A DNA stretch of 64,000 nucleotides from Lingula anatina (lineage: Eukaryota; Animalia; Brachiopoda): positions 47,036,788 to 47,100,787 of the forward strand of contig CM120640.1 of assembly GCA_051362555.1 (NCBI GenBank), read 5' to 3'. The translations under genes were made by a program, and so were the position numbers. The notes under the pieces are model-generated. The model was given only the letters and a program-made list of their open reading frames with translations, had not been told where the DNA came from and did no database searches. Within the stretch, counting starts at the first letter, position 1. Each line of letters starts with the position of its first letter. Shown piece by piece: positions 38,749-52,107 of this stretch.

Positions 38749-40193
38749 CACTGTAAAAACAGTGTTTAGCATTTAAATACATACAACACACGTTAGGCAC
38801 CTATAGCCTACGCATTTAGAAATCTGTGTAAATGCTAAACGCGTATAGCTTTTCAAACGTTTCACAGAAGAAAAAGCTAGACACGTTGGCATTGTTACAC
38901 GTTTAGCTATGTGTTTAGCTTCACCGGCATATGATTCTATAACAAGTCTATCACAAGCTAAGCACATTGGCTAAGCACTTCCCCTGCTAAGCGCGTGAGG
39001 CTGCTAAACATATGGAGCTGCTATAGGTGTGGAATTCCTTAACGCGTGGAGCTGCTAAACAACATGTTTAGCTTTTCAAGCTCGTCACCGAAAAAAATGC
39101 TTCACAATCCCATATATACGATCCCATAACAAGTTTATTTCAAGACTCAACAATTTTGCTTAACACTTCCCCTTGTAAACATATGGGGCTGTTGGAGGCG
39201 AGAAGCAGCCTGCTCGAACACCTTGTGTCCTTCCTTGCAGTAACGTGTGATTATTTAAAATAGGCCTATTAAGTAATAATCCAAATAACAAATAACGTTT
39301 TCACGACGTTATCAGCTGGTTACATGATGGTGTTGGTATAGAATAACGTCATGGTAACGTTATGGGTGTTTTTAACTCCATGCAAAATGATGCCCTTGCA
39401 GTTTTATAAGCGTTTTATAACATTCTGGAAAAACATTATTTAATGTTATGAAAACTTTTTGTATTAATCACCAAAACACGTCTTATGCTGTATGAACTAC
39501 TGTTAGCGGTTAATTTCAAAATGGGCTTGGGTTAGTCGCCGACTAGAGCGGTGCGATTTGAAAAATATTCGGACTATCGTTACCAAAATAACCAGCATGT
39601 GATGAAAGCTTAAATAAACCATTATAATGAATACCCCACAATCATCCTGATGTTCTATTGTTCATTACTTCCGGAAAAATAAATGAACATCAATACCTTA
39701 ACGCATTTTATCAAAATATGAAAAAAAAAATGTTTTAAAGTAAAAGTGGTAGTTGTTTCGTGTCTTTAGTAAACTAGTGAATTTTTCTAACTTGTTTTTC
39801 AGAAATATATTCCAATTAACTTCCTCGCAAGGTCAGCTAACACAAGGATGAATAAGTCTCGCTGTAAAGATGATGGTGTGAATCAACTATGTTGACAGTT
39901 CGCGGTAGCCTGTTATAGATAGAGATAGCTATAGCAGTTAAAGGTGACTGTGACTTCGCGCGCGCGCGCGTGTGTGTGTGAATGTTATGTGTGTGAGAGA
40001 GTGACTGAAACAGTTGAAAACGTTACAACCTTAAAGTTAAACAAATACACCCTACATTTATTAGGCGTCAAGCACGTCAAATCGTGTAACATGTTAATAG
40101 GTTAAACGTGCTTAGGTGCTAAACGCGTGGAAAAAATGAGACAAAACAGGCGCTTAGAAATGTGTCTCAGAGCTAAACACTGTTTTTACAGTG
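38749..40193. mobile_element. Non-autonomous DNA transposon with CACTG termini and TA flanks
   Basis: Perfect 22 bp TIR CACTGTAAAAACAGTGTTTAGC; TA on both sides; many internal GCTAAAC/GTTTAG repeats; empty sites at ~24499 and ~49390. Confidence 0.85.
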
Positions 40194-41478
40194 TATCTTT
40201 TGAAATTTGGACTTTTCATTACATGATTACAAGACATGTTTGTGCGGAATCAAACCAATGTCAGCTTTCACCAAAGCCACCCACGTCATGAGGCTAGGAC
40301 TTACAGGTATCTTTATGGCTTGGCTAGACATTGTTATCAAATACATGTACGTATCCCACCACCACCACCACTGCCTCACAAGCAACACACACATTGAAAA
40401 TTTTTTGTGATAGTCATTCATAGCTTCATTCTGTATATGTATACGACTACAGCTACATTATTTGGAAATTTGGCTCGCCCCTAGTAATACAAAGAAGGAA
40501 AACAAGAGGCGGACTGGTTGTTTGCTATTTCCACCAAATCCCTCTAATACATCAGTGTGAGATTACACTAAAATTGAATATTTGTGTGAAGACTTAATTT
40601 TTCATCATTTTGAGTTTTTAACCAATAAAAAAGGGTAGATCCCTGTCTGGCAAATACGGTTGTAATTTTCTATCGCATCAGAAGGTAATAGACTCATCGA
40701 AGAATCTTGAATTGAAAGAAAGACCTTAGTATCGGATGTATATATTTTGCTCGTTTTAATTTCCCCAAATGCCTGTTTGCATTTTAATACTTCTAAAAGG
40801 CCAGTGCTATTTTTCAACAGCATTTTACCTTGAAGAAATCTTTGCATGCAGCGTGGTCTCTGGAAATTTGATCAATATTTTCAACTTTTCTGTCTCCTTT
40901 TAAATTATTTTTACACATTTGTGCTTATGTCTTATTGTAAAGCGATATTTTACAAAGCAATTGACCGATCTGCATTTTGACAAATTCCATATTTTTTCTT
41001 TTAACAAACTCCCCACCTCTTATCAGTATTATTGTGTAATAATATAAAGATTTAAGACCAAATATTTTATCTAAAACATTTTTTCAATTCTTCATTGTTT
41101 TCATGAAGTAATTTTAAAGGCGATCAAATTTCCCAAATATTAGTGTTGTTTTGAATTGAATATCAAACATGTTTAAAATAAATTATGCATTAAGTTATAC
41201 ATTGTATTTCAAAGAACAAGGAATTTTCTAAGTTTGAACTCACAAAATAGCAGCCCGAAGTCCATATATTGTCTATTAGAACAGCTCAATGTCGCATTGG
41301 AGAATACTTTTCGGAAATAATGGATAAAAATTACCCCTGTTTAACAACACCGTGAAACATCAAATTCAGTTTTTTTATTTCTCATGAAACTGTTTCAATA
41401 TAACAATAATGTCGAAAATTGTCACTATTACAAAATTAAGTTACACTGGATCCTTTTAAACGTATAAGTTGAAGTTGT

Positions 41479-44400
41479 TTAGTATCCAGGTAAAGCAGCC
41501 TTAGTCTGAGCAATGGCATCCAGAAGCTGTTGCCACAAATCCCCCAGATCGGACTTGTAAGGAGCCACAACCTGTTTAAGTTCCTCGAGCTTGTCAAGAC
41601 CGGCCTGTTGAGCATTTTGTAGGACCTAGAATATGATATAAACTTTGCTGTAAATATACATATACTGAAATTTTAACAACGTTCTATATCAGTATATAAC
41701 CAAATTACAGAACTTTACTTACGGTTGTGGTCATAAGTTTGATGTTTTCAAGATGTCCTTTGGTCTGGTTCACAGCGTCACCAAGCTTCTCCTGCACGTA
41801 TGCTACAAGGTCAGCATGTTTCACCTTGAGGTTGTTCAATACGTCATTTAAGGTGTCTTTTACTTTCGCCCACCAATCTCGAAGTCCTCTCTTGCCTTTT
41901 AAAAACGATAGCGGATGGAATGTGCATATAATCGTATAAATACAATAATATTCATATTGGATTAATTTTAGCATCAAATCTCCCGCTTTATGAGAAAATT
42001 ATACAAATTGCACGTGTATCAGTAATGCGTCATACATTACGTTATTTGGCGGATTTTTACGAACTGGAGAGAGGATAAGTACCTGTACGTCAAGTTCGAA
42101 AAAGGTACAGCTTCTTTTCTTTTCTTAACTAAACAAACCGTCATTTCAGAATATCAAATGACTTGGAAAACTTACCAAAAAGACTCTGGAGTCCCTTGAA
42201 GAAATTGTCGGCAAGATCCTTGAAAGCAGCGGTGAACTTGTCCTTCAGGCCACTTAGGGACTTAAGGCCGTCTTCAATGGCTTGCTTGGCTTGGGCAGTG
42301 AGGGCACCTAGAATCTGGTCTGATTCACGGCTTCACCAAGCTTTCCCTTCACGTATGCTACAAGGTTAGTATATTTCCCCTTGAAGCTTTTCATTACATC
42401 ACCCAATGTGTCTTTTACTTTCGCCCACCAATCTAGAAGTCCTCTCTTGCCTTTGAAAAATGATAGCACATGAAATTTATACATACAATAGTATAACGCT
42501 TAAGCAGATAACTTATTTTATAACCACAATGATATTCATAGTGGATTCATTTTACCATCAAATCACCGGCTTTTTGAGATAGGCCTACTTATACTGAAAT
42601 TTTAAAAAGATGTTTACAAATCCATTTAAAGCGAGTTGAAATTTGAACAGATCGTGTATTTTTTTTTCTGTGCTAAATATAACCCTCGGTCTTTTTCGCC
42701 AAGCCCCATTTAAATAATTATGCAATAGCGCGTGTAGTTGGCAACCTTGGTGACCTAAATTTTAAATAAGAAAAAAAGAATCAATTAAATTCAATGATCA
42801 CCATTTCATAATTAGCAGATTATCATTTTATTATTTACCAATAATTAATGTTCCGAATCCATATTCCATTTAAAAAAGCAAGAAAATGATCCATTGTGAT
42901 ACGCAATTGGCCAAATCAACTTATAAAATTGATAAATGTTATCCATTTGAAGATACACGAATGAGACCAATGGAATCCACCCACTGAAATCAAAGATAAG
43001 TAAGAAAAACTGAATAGAAAAACTGATAGTAAAAAGAACATTAGAATTAAAAAGGCTCTCTGTGTGTCATCTCCCCGTCACTTTTTGTCCAATATAACAA
43101 AACTTCACGGCAGTATCCCCCATACCTTCTGTTCATGGGCCACGGCAGAGTTAACCTGTTCTACGGCCTCCAAAGACTTTCCAAACTCAGTCTGGGCAGC
43201 GCGGAGGACACTTGGATTAGAAAATAGCACCTTGCAATAGGCATAAATCGGTGTGACGTTCCAAATATAGCTTACCTTAAGATGAGCAATAATAATATTC
43301 CTACAGTTTTTTTTTACCATGTCAGCGCTAGTCAGCGACTTTAAAAACATGCGTAGAACGTGTAAACGATCAAAACGATTATCATATCTGGGAATCGATA
43401 AGTAGTCACTTACGCTCTCTTCTCCTCGTCCAAATCACGCTTGATTTCCTCATCAAAAACAGACCTGAAAGCACGAACTGCAGTCTGGATCTCGCCCTCA
43501 ACAATAGCAGCAGCTGAAACATTGTGATATATATAAATATATACGTAATATATAAACCACGTCCTCAGCAGCTGAAACGGTGCGAATAATAAATCAATAA
43601 AAAGATAAAACGATATCTATGGAAGATTGGAGAAAAAACGAACAGCGATTACTGTTAGATATGTGACATGAGCATGTTGAGGTGAGTGTTTTGACGAAGA
43701 AGATGAAGATAGATTGATTTTGCGTTTATTACTTTTGGCTCTTTTTTAGATGCGCAAGTCAATGCCATTTACTTTATCCAAATCCATTTGCTACAATTTT
43801 TAATTCGTCTGGTTCGAACTAAATCCATTGTCATCCTCGCCACCTTGAGACCTCGTGCGCAGTGTCAAAATTCAATACAGATTATGTGTTTATTCATTGC
43901 ATATCGATATTTGTAAATACATATTCTATGAATCAAAAATAAATTATATTATTTTTTATAGAAAAAAAATGCCATCTTTGCTTTAAGCACACAAATAAAT
44001 TAATGTGAAGAATCGAATGGACAGAAAGCAGTCAGAGGTGGTTCACTCTTATTACAACGTAAAACGTATGTTTTTTAACAATTTATTTGTTATTTCATTA
44101 TTCTTTTCCTTATTTCGAAATACCAAACCACAATGATTTCTTTGTGGATCGGAGTGTTTCTTTCGGGGCGGATAAGTGGCAAAATTTTCTATTAGAAAGT
44201 ATGCTGATTGCGCCGCGTCACGTTGCATCGAAACTTTTCTTTTGGCGGACGGTCGTACAACTGTAGTTTCCCCTCTTTGTTTATTTCAGAAGATTGCGCC
44301 AAAATGTATTTCTAGATAATGGATAATTTTCATGTTTTTTTCCGGATTTATTCAAGTCAATGACATTAGCGCGTTATGTCAAATCGTTCGTTTTTCATGC

Positions 44401-45858
44401 ATAATATAAATGCTTTAAACATTTTATTTCTTATAATTGCTCACCACCTACATAACTCTTGTTTTCAAAATTCGCTCATTTGTCACAAATTAACTTGCAC
44501 TGTCCGTGTTTATCAATAAGATTAAAGAGGCGTAGTTGGGGGTACAGAGGGTGGAGTAGATCCGGTCAAGACAATGTGCTTGACGTTGTAGGCAGCCTGC
44601 ACCACCTGGGTCCACAGACTTCCGAGATCCTGCTTGTAAGGCTCCAAGAACTCCAGAAGTTCCTTGGTGGCGGCAAGGCTAGCATCCTTGGCGTGGGCAA
44701 GGTACTGAAAGTGACAGATTTTGTATTGATTGAAGGTTACTTATGCTGTAGAGTTACTATATTTCATGCGCATGTGCTGAAGACATAATATTCTGCACTT
44801 GTAAGAAATTCCGAAAACGTAGCAACAAAAGTTAAACTAAATTACAAGCAATTTTAAGTCTTAGTTAAAAGAGGCTAAAAATAGGCACATCATTGCAAGT
44901 TGTGCAACTAGAGTTTTGTTACACGAAACAAACCATGCTGAAATACACATACACCAAATGTCTGGCACTGAAAAAATTAGCTTTTTTTTTTTAAACTATT
45001 ACGCAGACGAAAAGTGTGTTCGAATTTTTCAAATAATTATTCATTACCTCTTGGGCGATGAGCTTGACGTTGTCGAAGTGTCCCTTAACTTTGCCCCACA
45101 GATCTCCAGCGAACTGTTTGACGAAGACTTGAAGGTCAGCGAACTTGGAGCTGAAACCTCCCAGAACCTGAGAAAAGGTGTCCTTCACTCCCTGCCACCA
45201 TTCAGCTACACCACGGTCAGCCAGAACCAGTGCCACAGTCTGATGGTATATACAAAACGATACTGTTTTCGGTAAAGAACCAATTCAGCCAAATAAATTG
45301 CACGCACCCTAAACCGGCAACGTGATACCATGGCAGAAGTAAATATCAACTAATCAAGAGAGTGTTTTGATCGTTAGACTTAAGAATGTAAAACCTAAGT
45401 CTTACCTTCTATAACCCCCTTAGTAAAAGTACCTTAACAATTTAAAACAGAGCTGATTTGATGCCGACAAATTGACGTTCTTACCTCATCCAAAAGTTCT
45501 TCTTCGAAGTTTTCGAACAAATCACGCTTGCCTGAAAATAAACAAAGATGAAGTAAAAAATGCACATTGAACTTTGCCAACTGAGTTTTCAAAAAGCTCT
45601 GTAATTCAACGAAATTTCACTTCATATGACTAAAAGGCTTTGATTCCGGTGTAACGTGTAAGTTCCCCATGATAGGGTGTCCGCTTCCCATTCATTTGCA
45701 CAGGTAAGCCTCGCCTAAGATTTTGACCCACATAGGTCAGATGTCCATTATAACTAAATGGAGGGCGGACTTTCTGTTACACGGACCCTCAGTTTCGTTA
45801 CATCCGGCGCGTTTGACACAATGGCTTTGATAATGGTCACAAAGCTGCAATATGATAG

Positions 45859-45902
<44 letters not shown>

Positions 45903-48042
45903 AAGTTCAGAAACGCCAAGTACCAATAAAGAGCCTTGTACTAAAATGAAATGTGATCCACCGAACAGCATGTTCTTTGTTTTAAGAATTTGCACTTCAC
46001 AAATGGTCTTAATAGAATTTGCTTGTCTCATCTTATGGTGCCGTATTGTATGCGGTCTTGCTAAGACAGCATAAACACACCGATTTGCTATATGCATTCG
46101 ATCTCAACTTTACAGATAATGCATATTTCAAACGATAAATAAACATTTAAGATACAGTAAATAAGTATTTGATTCGTACCGAAAAGACCACCGAACATGT
46201 CCAATAAGCCTTGGAACCAGCCAGAAAATTGGCTCTTCAGTGTGCTAAGGATAGCCTTGGCGTCGGTCAGGTACTTGCCGCCCATTTCTTTAAGTTGATC
46301 TGCAATCTGCTTAGCCTGCTCTAGCAGGCCCTTGCCGACCTAGAAAAGAAGGCCAATTTGAGATGAAACATTTCTATCCAGTCAAAATTCAAAATACGTC
46401 ACAAGCAGCAAATGCATAGTGTCTTTAGATATTTTTTATCGAACTTAGATTTAAAGAATATGAATATTGTCTGGCTCATGGACTTAAAATGAAATCAGAT
46501 GTCCTTACTTTTGTACTTCTGAACATTGATAACGTAAAAAAAATCTCATACCACGTGACCGGTTGCCACAAGACTGTTGATTTTATCTGTGATATTCTTC
46601 AGTTTCCCCTCCAGTACCTGACCCAGGACAGTCTGGGTGGCTGTTGTGAGGCTATAACAAGTATCAATTCTTAATACTAAACATTTAATTTAACGCACAG
46701 GCCTTGTTTTATGATTTTCAATTAAATACGCTTTAAAATAATTGAAAGATTAGACTTATATCCAACCAAACAGCTGCTCAAAGCACTTCCCCGCTATGAA
46801 AATTAATTCAAAATTCTGTAAACACCAAATTAAAATAGCTACAATTAAAACCCAACAACTTTCCATTAATTTCACTTTCCATTTATTTCTTTTTATTTTT
46901 ATCCGGACTACCGTTTATATTTGAGCATGGAATGTTTATGGCATCTAGCTACAACCACTAGAACGCGTAAGAGCAGGTTGAATATCAAACTTCTGCCGTA
47001 CCAGCACGAAAAATCAATGCGACAGCACGTTTTTATGCGTTACGGGCTCGGCACTGAACGGTCGCAACGGTACTAACATTGATGGTCCTCATAATAATGC
47101 ATCTGTCTTAAATTTCTGGTACTTACGGGTTGGCTTCGCGGACATGGCGTGGAGAATTGACTTCGTTCACGAGAGCCGCAATCTCATTGTCCAGATTCAC
47201 TAATTACATAAATCAAAAACCAATTAAATTGCAATTGTGTTACTAACACATCAGTGCTTTACTGCCAAAGAATTGTTTATTAAAATGAGGAAAAGCTAAC
47301 AAGTATAAAATGATGAGAAAAAGTAGTTTAATCAGATACATCTAATGCTGAACAAATCTACAGGGTTACTACTTAATATGGAATAACTGCCCTGGCCTGC
47401 AAACTCCCCAGATATGAGCCCAATTAAAATCTGTGGGCGGAAGTAACTCACAGAATTAATAGCTATGGTCATCGACCGGTAAATAGTGATGAACTGCGAC
47501 AGGCAAATATCACTGCGTGGAATGGAATCCCCATCCAAACTCTAAAAAAACTTGTCACAGGGTATGCCATGTAGGATGAGGGCGCTGCGAGCGGCTGCTG
47601 GAGGTCATACCCGCTATTGATGACTTTCATGATTTACTGTAATGAGTTCGTTGACTGTGTAACGTATCACTGTCCGGAGGCTATCATTTTCTTTAATATC
47701 TTAGCTTAAAATTAATACTGACATCGAACTGTTGATATGGTTTTCTGGGGGTGTTCTTTTCTTTTGAATGACATCTTATGTCAGATTTGATATTATTGAC
47801 AAAAATATCTCACAACAGAAGACTGGATATTTTTTATCACTCAGTGACATACTTTTTTGATGAATCAAGCCAAAAAAATTATTAATCAGCGCTCAAATAA
47901 AAAACATTCCCTATTAAGTAGTAACCCTGTACATTGTAACCTTAATACTTGCAAGTAATGTAAAACTCATCTACTTACGGCGGACAAAATCAGCCTGTGC
48001 AACAACGAAGGTGGCGACGAGTACGAAGGCCAAAAACTTCAT
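41479..48042 (-). pseudogene. G4: rearranged chimeric paralog, probable pseudogene
   Basis: Exons 48042-47979, 47199-47127, 46651-46552, 46339-46180, 45531-45485, 45239-45048, 44704-44536 (donor GT>CT), 43513-43414, 43210-43126 (15 nt deletion), truncated exon 42754-~42732, extra B2 exon copy 42450-42314 fused out of frame to the A2 exon 3' half (to 42176), then 41895-41723, 41625-41479. Confidence 0.8.
47361..47929 (+). mobile_element. Internally deleted Tc1/mariner element in a G4 intron
   Basis: 24 bp TIR CAGGGTTACTACTTAATA(T/G)GGAAT, TA flanks, transposase C-terminal relic LPWPANSPDMSPI...MPCRMRALRAAAGGHTRY*; absent from the same intron of G2 and G5. Confidence 0.85.
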
Positions 48043-48272
48043 ATCTGAAATATGGAAAATTTCTCGTGGCCGCAAACCTTTAAAACTTTTCCGTGCAGCC
48101 ACGAAAGTGAATTAATTTGTAAATTTCAACTCTTAACCAACTGAAAGCTTTAAGTTTAGTTAATTTGTGGTGTTCTTTCTTTGATATCATTCTGTACGTT
48201 TTTCATACGTTTCCTTGACTTTCTATATTACCATACATGGCAAGATATTTTAAAACTTATATTTCAACTCAC

Positions 48273-48373
48273 CTCCTAGTTGCTGGGGGTGCTTATCTAA
48301 ACGAACGGTGACCAACATCAGTTTTTATAGCCTTGGCTTGGGAGTGTGCAGTCTGCTTCTTATCTTACGTGAC
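48273..48373 (-). promoter_or_regulatory. G4 core promoter and non-coding exon 1
   Basis: TATAAAA 48323-48329; GTCACGTAAGATAA 48360-48373; GTGAG donor after 48273. Confidence 0.6.
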
Positions 48374-49812
48374 AAGGTGTGAGACGATCCTAGAAAACGG
48401 TCCCAGTACATGGCATGAGATTAGTTGTTGTCACGACTAATGTTAAATGTTCTCGATGTTCATCAGTTAGGTATCACATGCGTTCTTTGGAGATCTGTCA
48501 ACCACATTGCTATTGCCCATTTGTGCAACATCTACCGACTGCTTGGATATTTGTAAATTCCTTTACAAAGATTTTGTAACGGAGAATTATTGTACAAATA
48601 TAGAGGACTAGTAAAATGCACGCACAAAACGGAGGTGAAGTTTCAGCCCCCAAAGATATAGACGGATCTACATGAACAAGTTCTGACCAAGAAAAATAAG
48701 ATTGCCTTTGCTCGCGATGTGCCCTTACACGTTTTAAGTGAGACCATTGTTCAGAACTTTGGTTAAATATTAGTAACAATTAATGAAAATGTTATCTCCT
48801 TATTACCGAAATTCCGGTTGCTACTCGTGAATTCATCTATTCTGTAAGTGTGATGGAAAGCTAACTCAAGCTTGTACCAAATCTGAATTTTTAGGAATAA
48901 TAACTATTTGTAATCAACAAAAGATTTATTCCCCGATTTTTTTCATTAATTTTTGTACGAATAATAACCCCAGTCATGTAGCATTTGCAAAACGTTTTCG
49001 GAAAGGCGAAGTGATTGAATAGTTTGTATCAAAACAAAACCAATTGCAAAACTTAAGGTCTAACACTAGGGAATAGGAATCGAGATCAGTGACCCACAAT
49101 GACAACAGATTGCAATGACATAATGCCGCCACGACAAAAAAATAAATGAATGTATAGATAAATGAATCTGGAAAACGTGTTTACGGTAGATAGTGTTGAG
49201 AATTAATAGGGTGGTTTTGAAGTTGCATATTAAGGAAATAGCACCAAAACCGCATTGACAATCCACTTGAGGAAGTATTTTGTGACAATTTCCTTTTTTA
49301 CATTTACAGATTATTGAAGACAGAGGCATTTTATACACGCTATAGAGCATACCTTTACTAACATAATAATCAGGTTGGATAGGATGAAATATCTGTTGAA
49401 ATTTGGACTTTTCATTACATGATTACAAGACATATTTGTGCGGAATCAAACCAATGTCAGCTTTCACCAAAGCCACCCTCGTCATGAGGCTAGGACTTAC
49501 AGGTATCTTTATGGCTTGGCTAGACATTGTTATCAAATATATGTACGTATCCCACCACCACCACCAGCAACACACACATTGAAAATTTTTGTGATAGTCA
49601 TTCATAGCTTCATTCTGTATATGTATACGACTACAGCTACACACACTGGACAATAGAAGTGTCACCCCTACTGAACCAATACTATGGGGGAGATAAATGA
49701 CTGTGTAATGATATGCTCCTGGTATCATTTTATTAACATCAAATTTCACAAAAAATCACAAAATGAGAACAAAATATACATTCTACTAAAATATGCAGTT
49801 TCAAGTCCAAAA

Positions 49813-50809
49813 TTAGTACTTAGTGGCATAGCCACGTGACCTAATAACAGGTGCCAGTCTACGAGGCAAGGATTCATATAATTGTCTGATGCGTTCAGGG
49901 CTTATGCTGGCCCAAGCATGAAACACTGAATATAATAGAGTTTCTCTGCTGGTTAGACGGGTATTTGTCAAAAGTTTTGACATATCATTCCACACATTTT
50001 CTATTATGTTTGCATCCGGACTCTGGGCAGGCCACATCACCCTGCCAATGTCCTGTTGGTCAAACCAATCATCAACTGCTCTGGGCCTGTGACAAGGAGC
50101 ATTGTCATCCTGGTGAACAAATGGATAATTCCTGTCACCAAACATGTTAGTGATAGATGGTAACAAGCCTTACTCCAAAATATCGATATATTTCTAGTGA
50201 TTCATGTTTCCATCAACCACTATCAATTCGCCCACGCCATGGATGATGATGCAGCCCCACACCATGATGAATATGCTGCTCCGGGTTCGAAAATTCAGTG
50301 CATGTGGTTCAAATGCTTTACCAGCAGTTCGCCAGCATCGTACCCGTCTGTCATCAGAGGTCAGACCAAAGCGACACTCATCAGAAAAAAATATATAGGA
50401 CTAATTGTCATGGACTGTCCAGTTCCAGATCCTGTTGACCCTAGTTCACTCTACGTTGCCTGTTTTGTAACGATATAAGAGGTTTCAGTCTTGCTACCCA
50501 GCTGTACACTCTATGAGCATGTAACCGACGCCTAGCAATTTTCACAGACACATTCTTATGTGTGAAATTGTTCCACTGTGTTGTCAACTGACAAGCAGTG
50601 TCGTTTGTTGATAACCTGGACATCAAATTCAGTCGTCGGTCTTCACGGCCAGTAGTTTTTCTTGGACGACCCATCAGACGCAATTTGTCTCTTGATCCAG
50701 TGTTTCTATACCGAGACCAGACCCTCTGCACGGTTCTGACTGAACAATTCAATTGTATCGATATTCTGACATTGCTTATATTCCGCCTCTTCAGGTTAAT
50801 AACTTGCAC
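49813..50809 (-). pseudogene. Tc1-like transposase with stops and a frameshift
   Basis: HTH region with GRPRKTT.REDR; FSDECRF; MVWGCI; QDDNAPCH followed 34 residues later by E in SPDANIIENVW; C-terminus RGYATKY. Stop at 50441-50443, further stops near 50170-50200, frameshift near 50400-50440. Confidence 0.9.
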
Positions 50810-50934
50810 CTATAACCGTTACATAATTGCCTGTATCTTGCCATATTGGAGGAAGACAGGAATAACATTTGCTATAACCGTTACATAATTGCCTGTATCT
50901 TGCCATATTGGAGGAAGACAGGAATAACATTTGC
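50810..50934. repeat. 62 bp tandem duplication inside the Tc1 element
   Basis: CTATAACCGTTACATAATTGCC...AACATTTG present twice. Confidence 0.9.
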
Positions 50935-52107
50935 TGTACATGTACAAGACCAACAATACAATTCCATGGTATAGCGGTTTTATACTCATTAGTCACATTA
51001 TAAGTCGACCAGGCATTATAACTACCCAAGATCTGCCTACTTTTATCACTCTGAGTTAGGGGGTGACACTTCTATTGTCCAGTGTGTGTACATTATTTGG
51101 TAATTTGGCTCGCCCCTAGTAATACAAAGAAGGAAAACAAGAGGCAGACTGGTTGTTTGCAAGATCCACCAAATCCCTCTAATACCTCAGTGTGAGATTA
51201 CACTAAAATTGAATATTTGTGTGAAGACTTAATTTTTCATCATTTTGAGTTTTTAACCAATAAAAAGGGTAGATCCCTGGCAAATACGGTTGTAATTTTC
51301 TATCGCATCAGAAGGTAATACACTCATCGAAGAATCTTGAATAGAAAGAAAGACCTTAGTATCGGATGTATATATTTTGCTCGTTTTAATTTGCCCAAAT
51401 GCCTGTTTGCATTTTAATACTTCTAAAAGGCCAGTGCTATTTTTCAACAGCATTTTACCTTGAAGAAATCTTTGCATGCAGCTTGGTCTCTGGAAATTTG
51501 ATCAATCTTTTCAACTTTTCTGTCGCCTTTTAAATTATTTTTACACATTTGTGCTTATGTCTTATTGTAAAGCGATATTTTACAAGGCAATTGACCGATC
51601 TGCATTTTGACAAATTCCATATTTTTTCTTTCAACAAACTCCCCACCTCTTATCAGTATTATTGTGTAATAATATAAAGATTTAAGACCAACTATTTTAT
51701 CTAAAACATTTTTTCAATTCTTCATTGTTTTCATGAAGTAATTTTAAAGGCGATCAAATTTCCCAAATATTAGTGTTGTTTTGAATTGGATATCAAACAT
51801 GTTTAAAATAAATTATACATTAAGTTATACATTGTATTTCAAAGAACAAGGAATTTTCTAAGTTTGAACTCACAAAATAGCAGCCCGATGTCCATATATT
51901 GTCTATTAGATCAGCTCAATGTCGCATTGGAGAATACTTTTCGGAAATAACGGATAAAAATTACCCCTGTTTAACAACACCGTGAAACATCAAATTCAGT
52001 TTTTTATTTCTCATGAAACTGTTTCAATATAACAATAATGTCAAAAATTGACATTATTACAAAATTAAGTTACACTGGATCCTTTAAAACGTATAAGTTG
52101 AAGTTGT

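Larger units (their letters stand above)
49640..51088 (-). mobile_element. Tc1/mariner (DD34E) transposon, full length, inactivated
   Basis: 29 bp TIR CACACACTGGACAATAGAAGTGTCACCCC; TA target duplication; single TA at the empty paralogous site ~40454. Confidence 0.93.
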
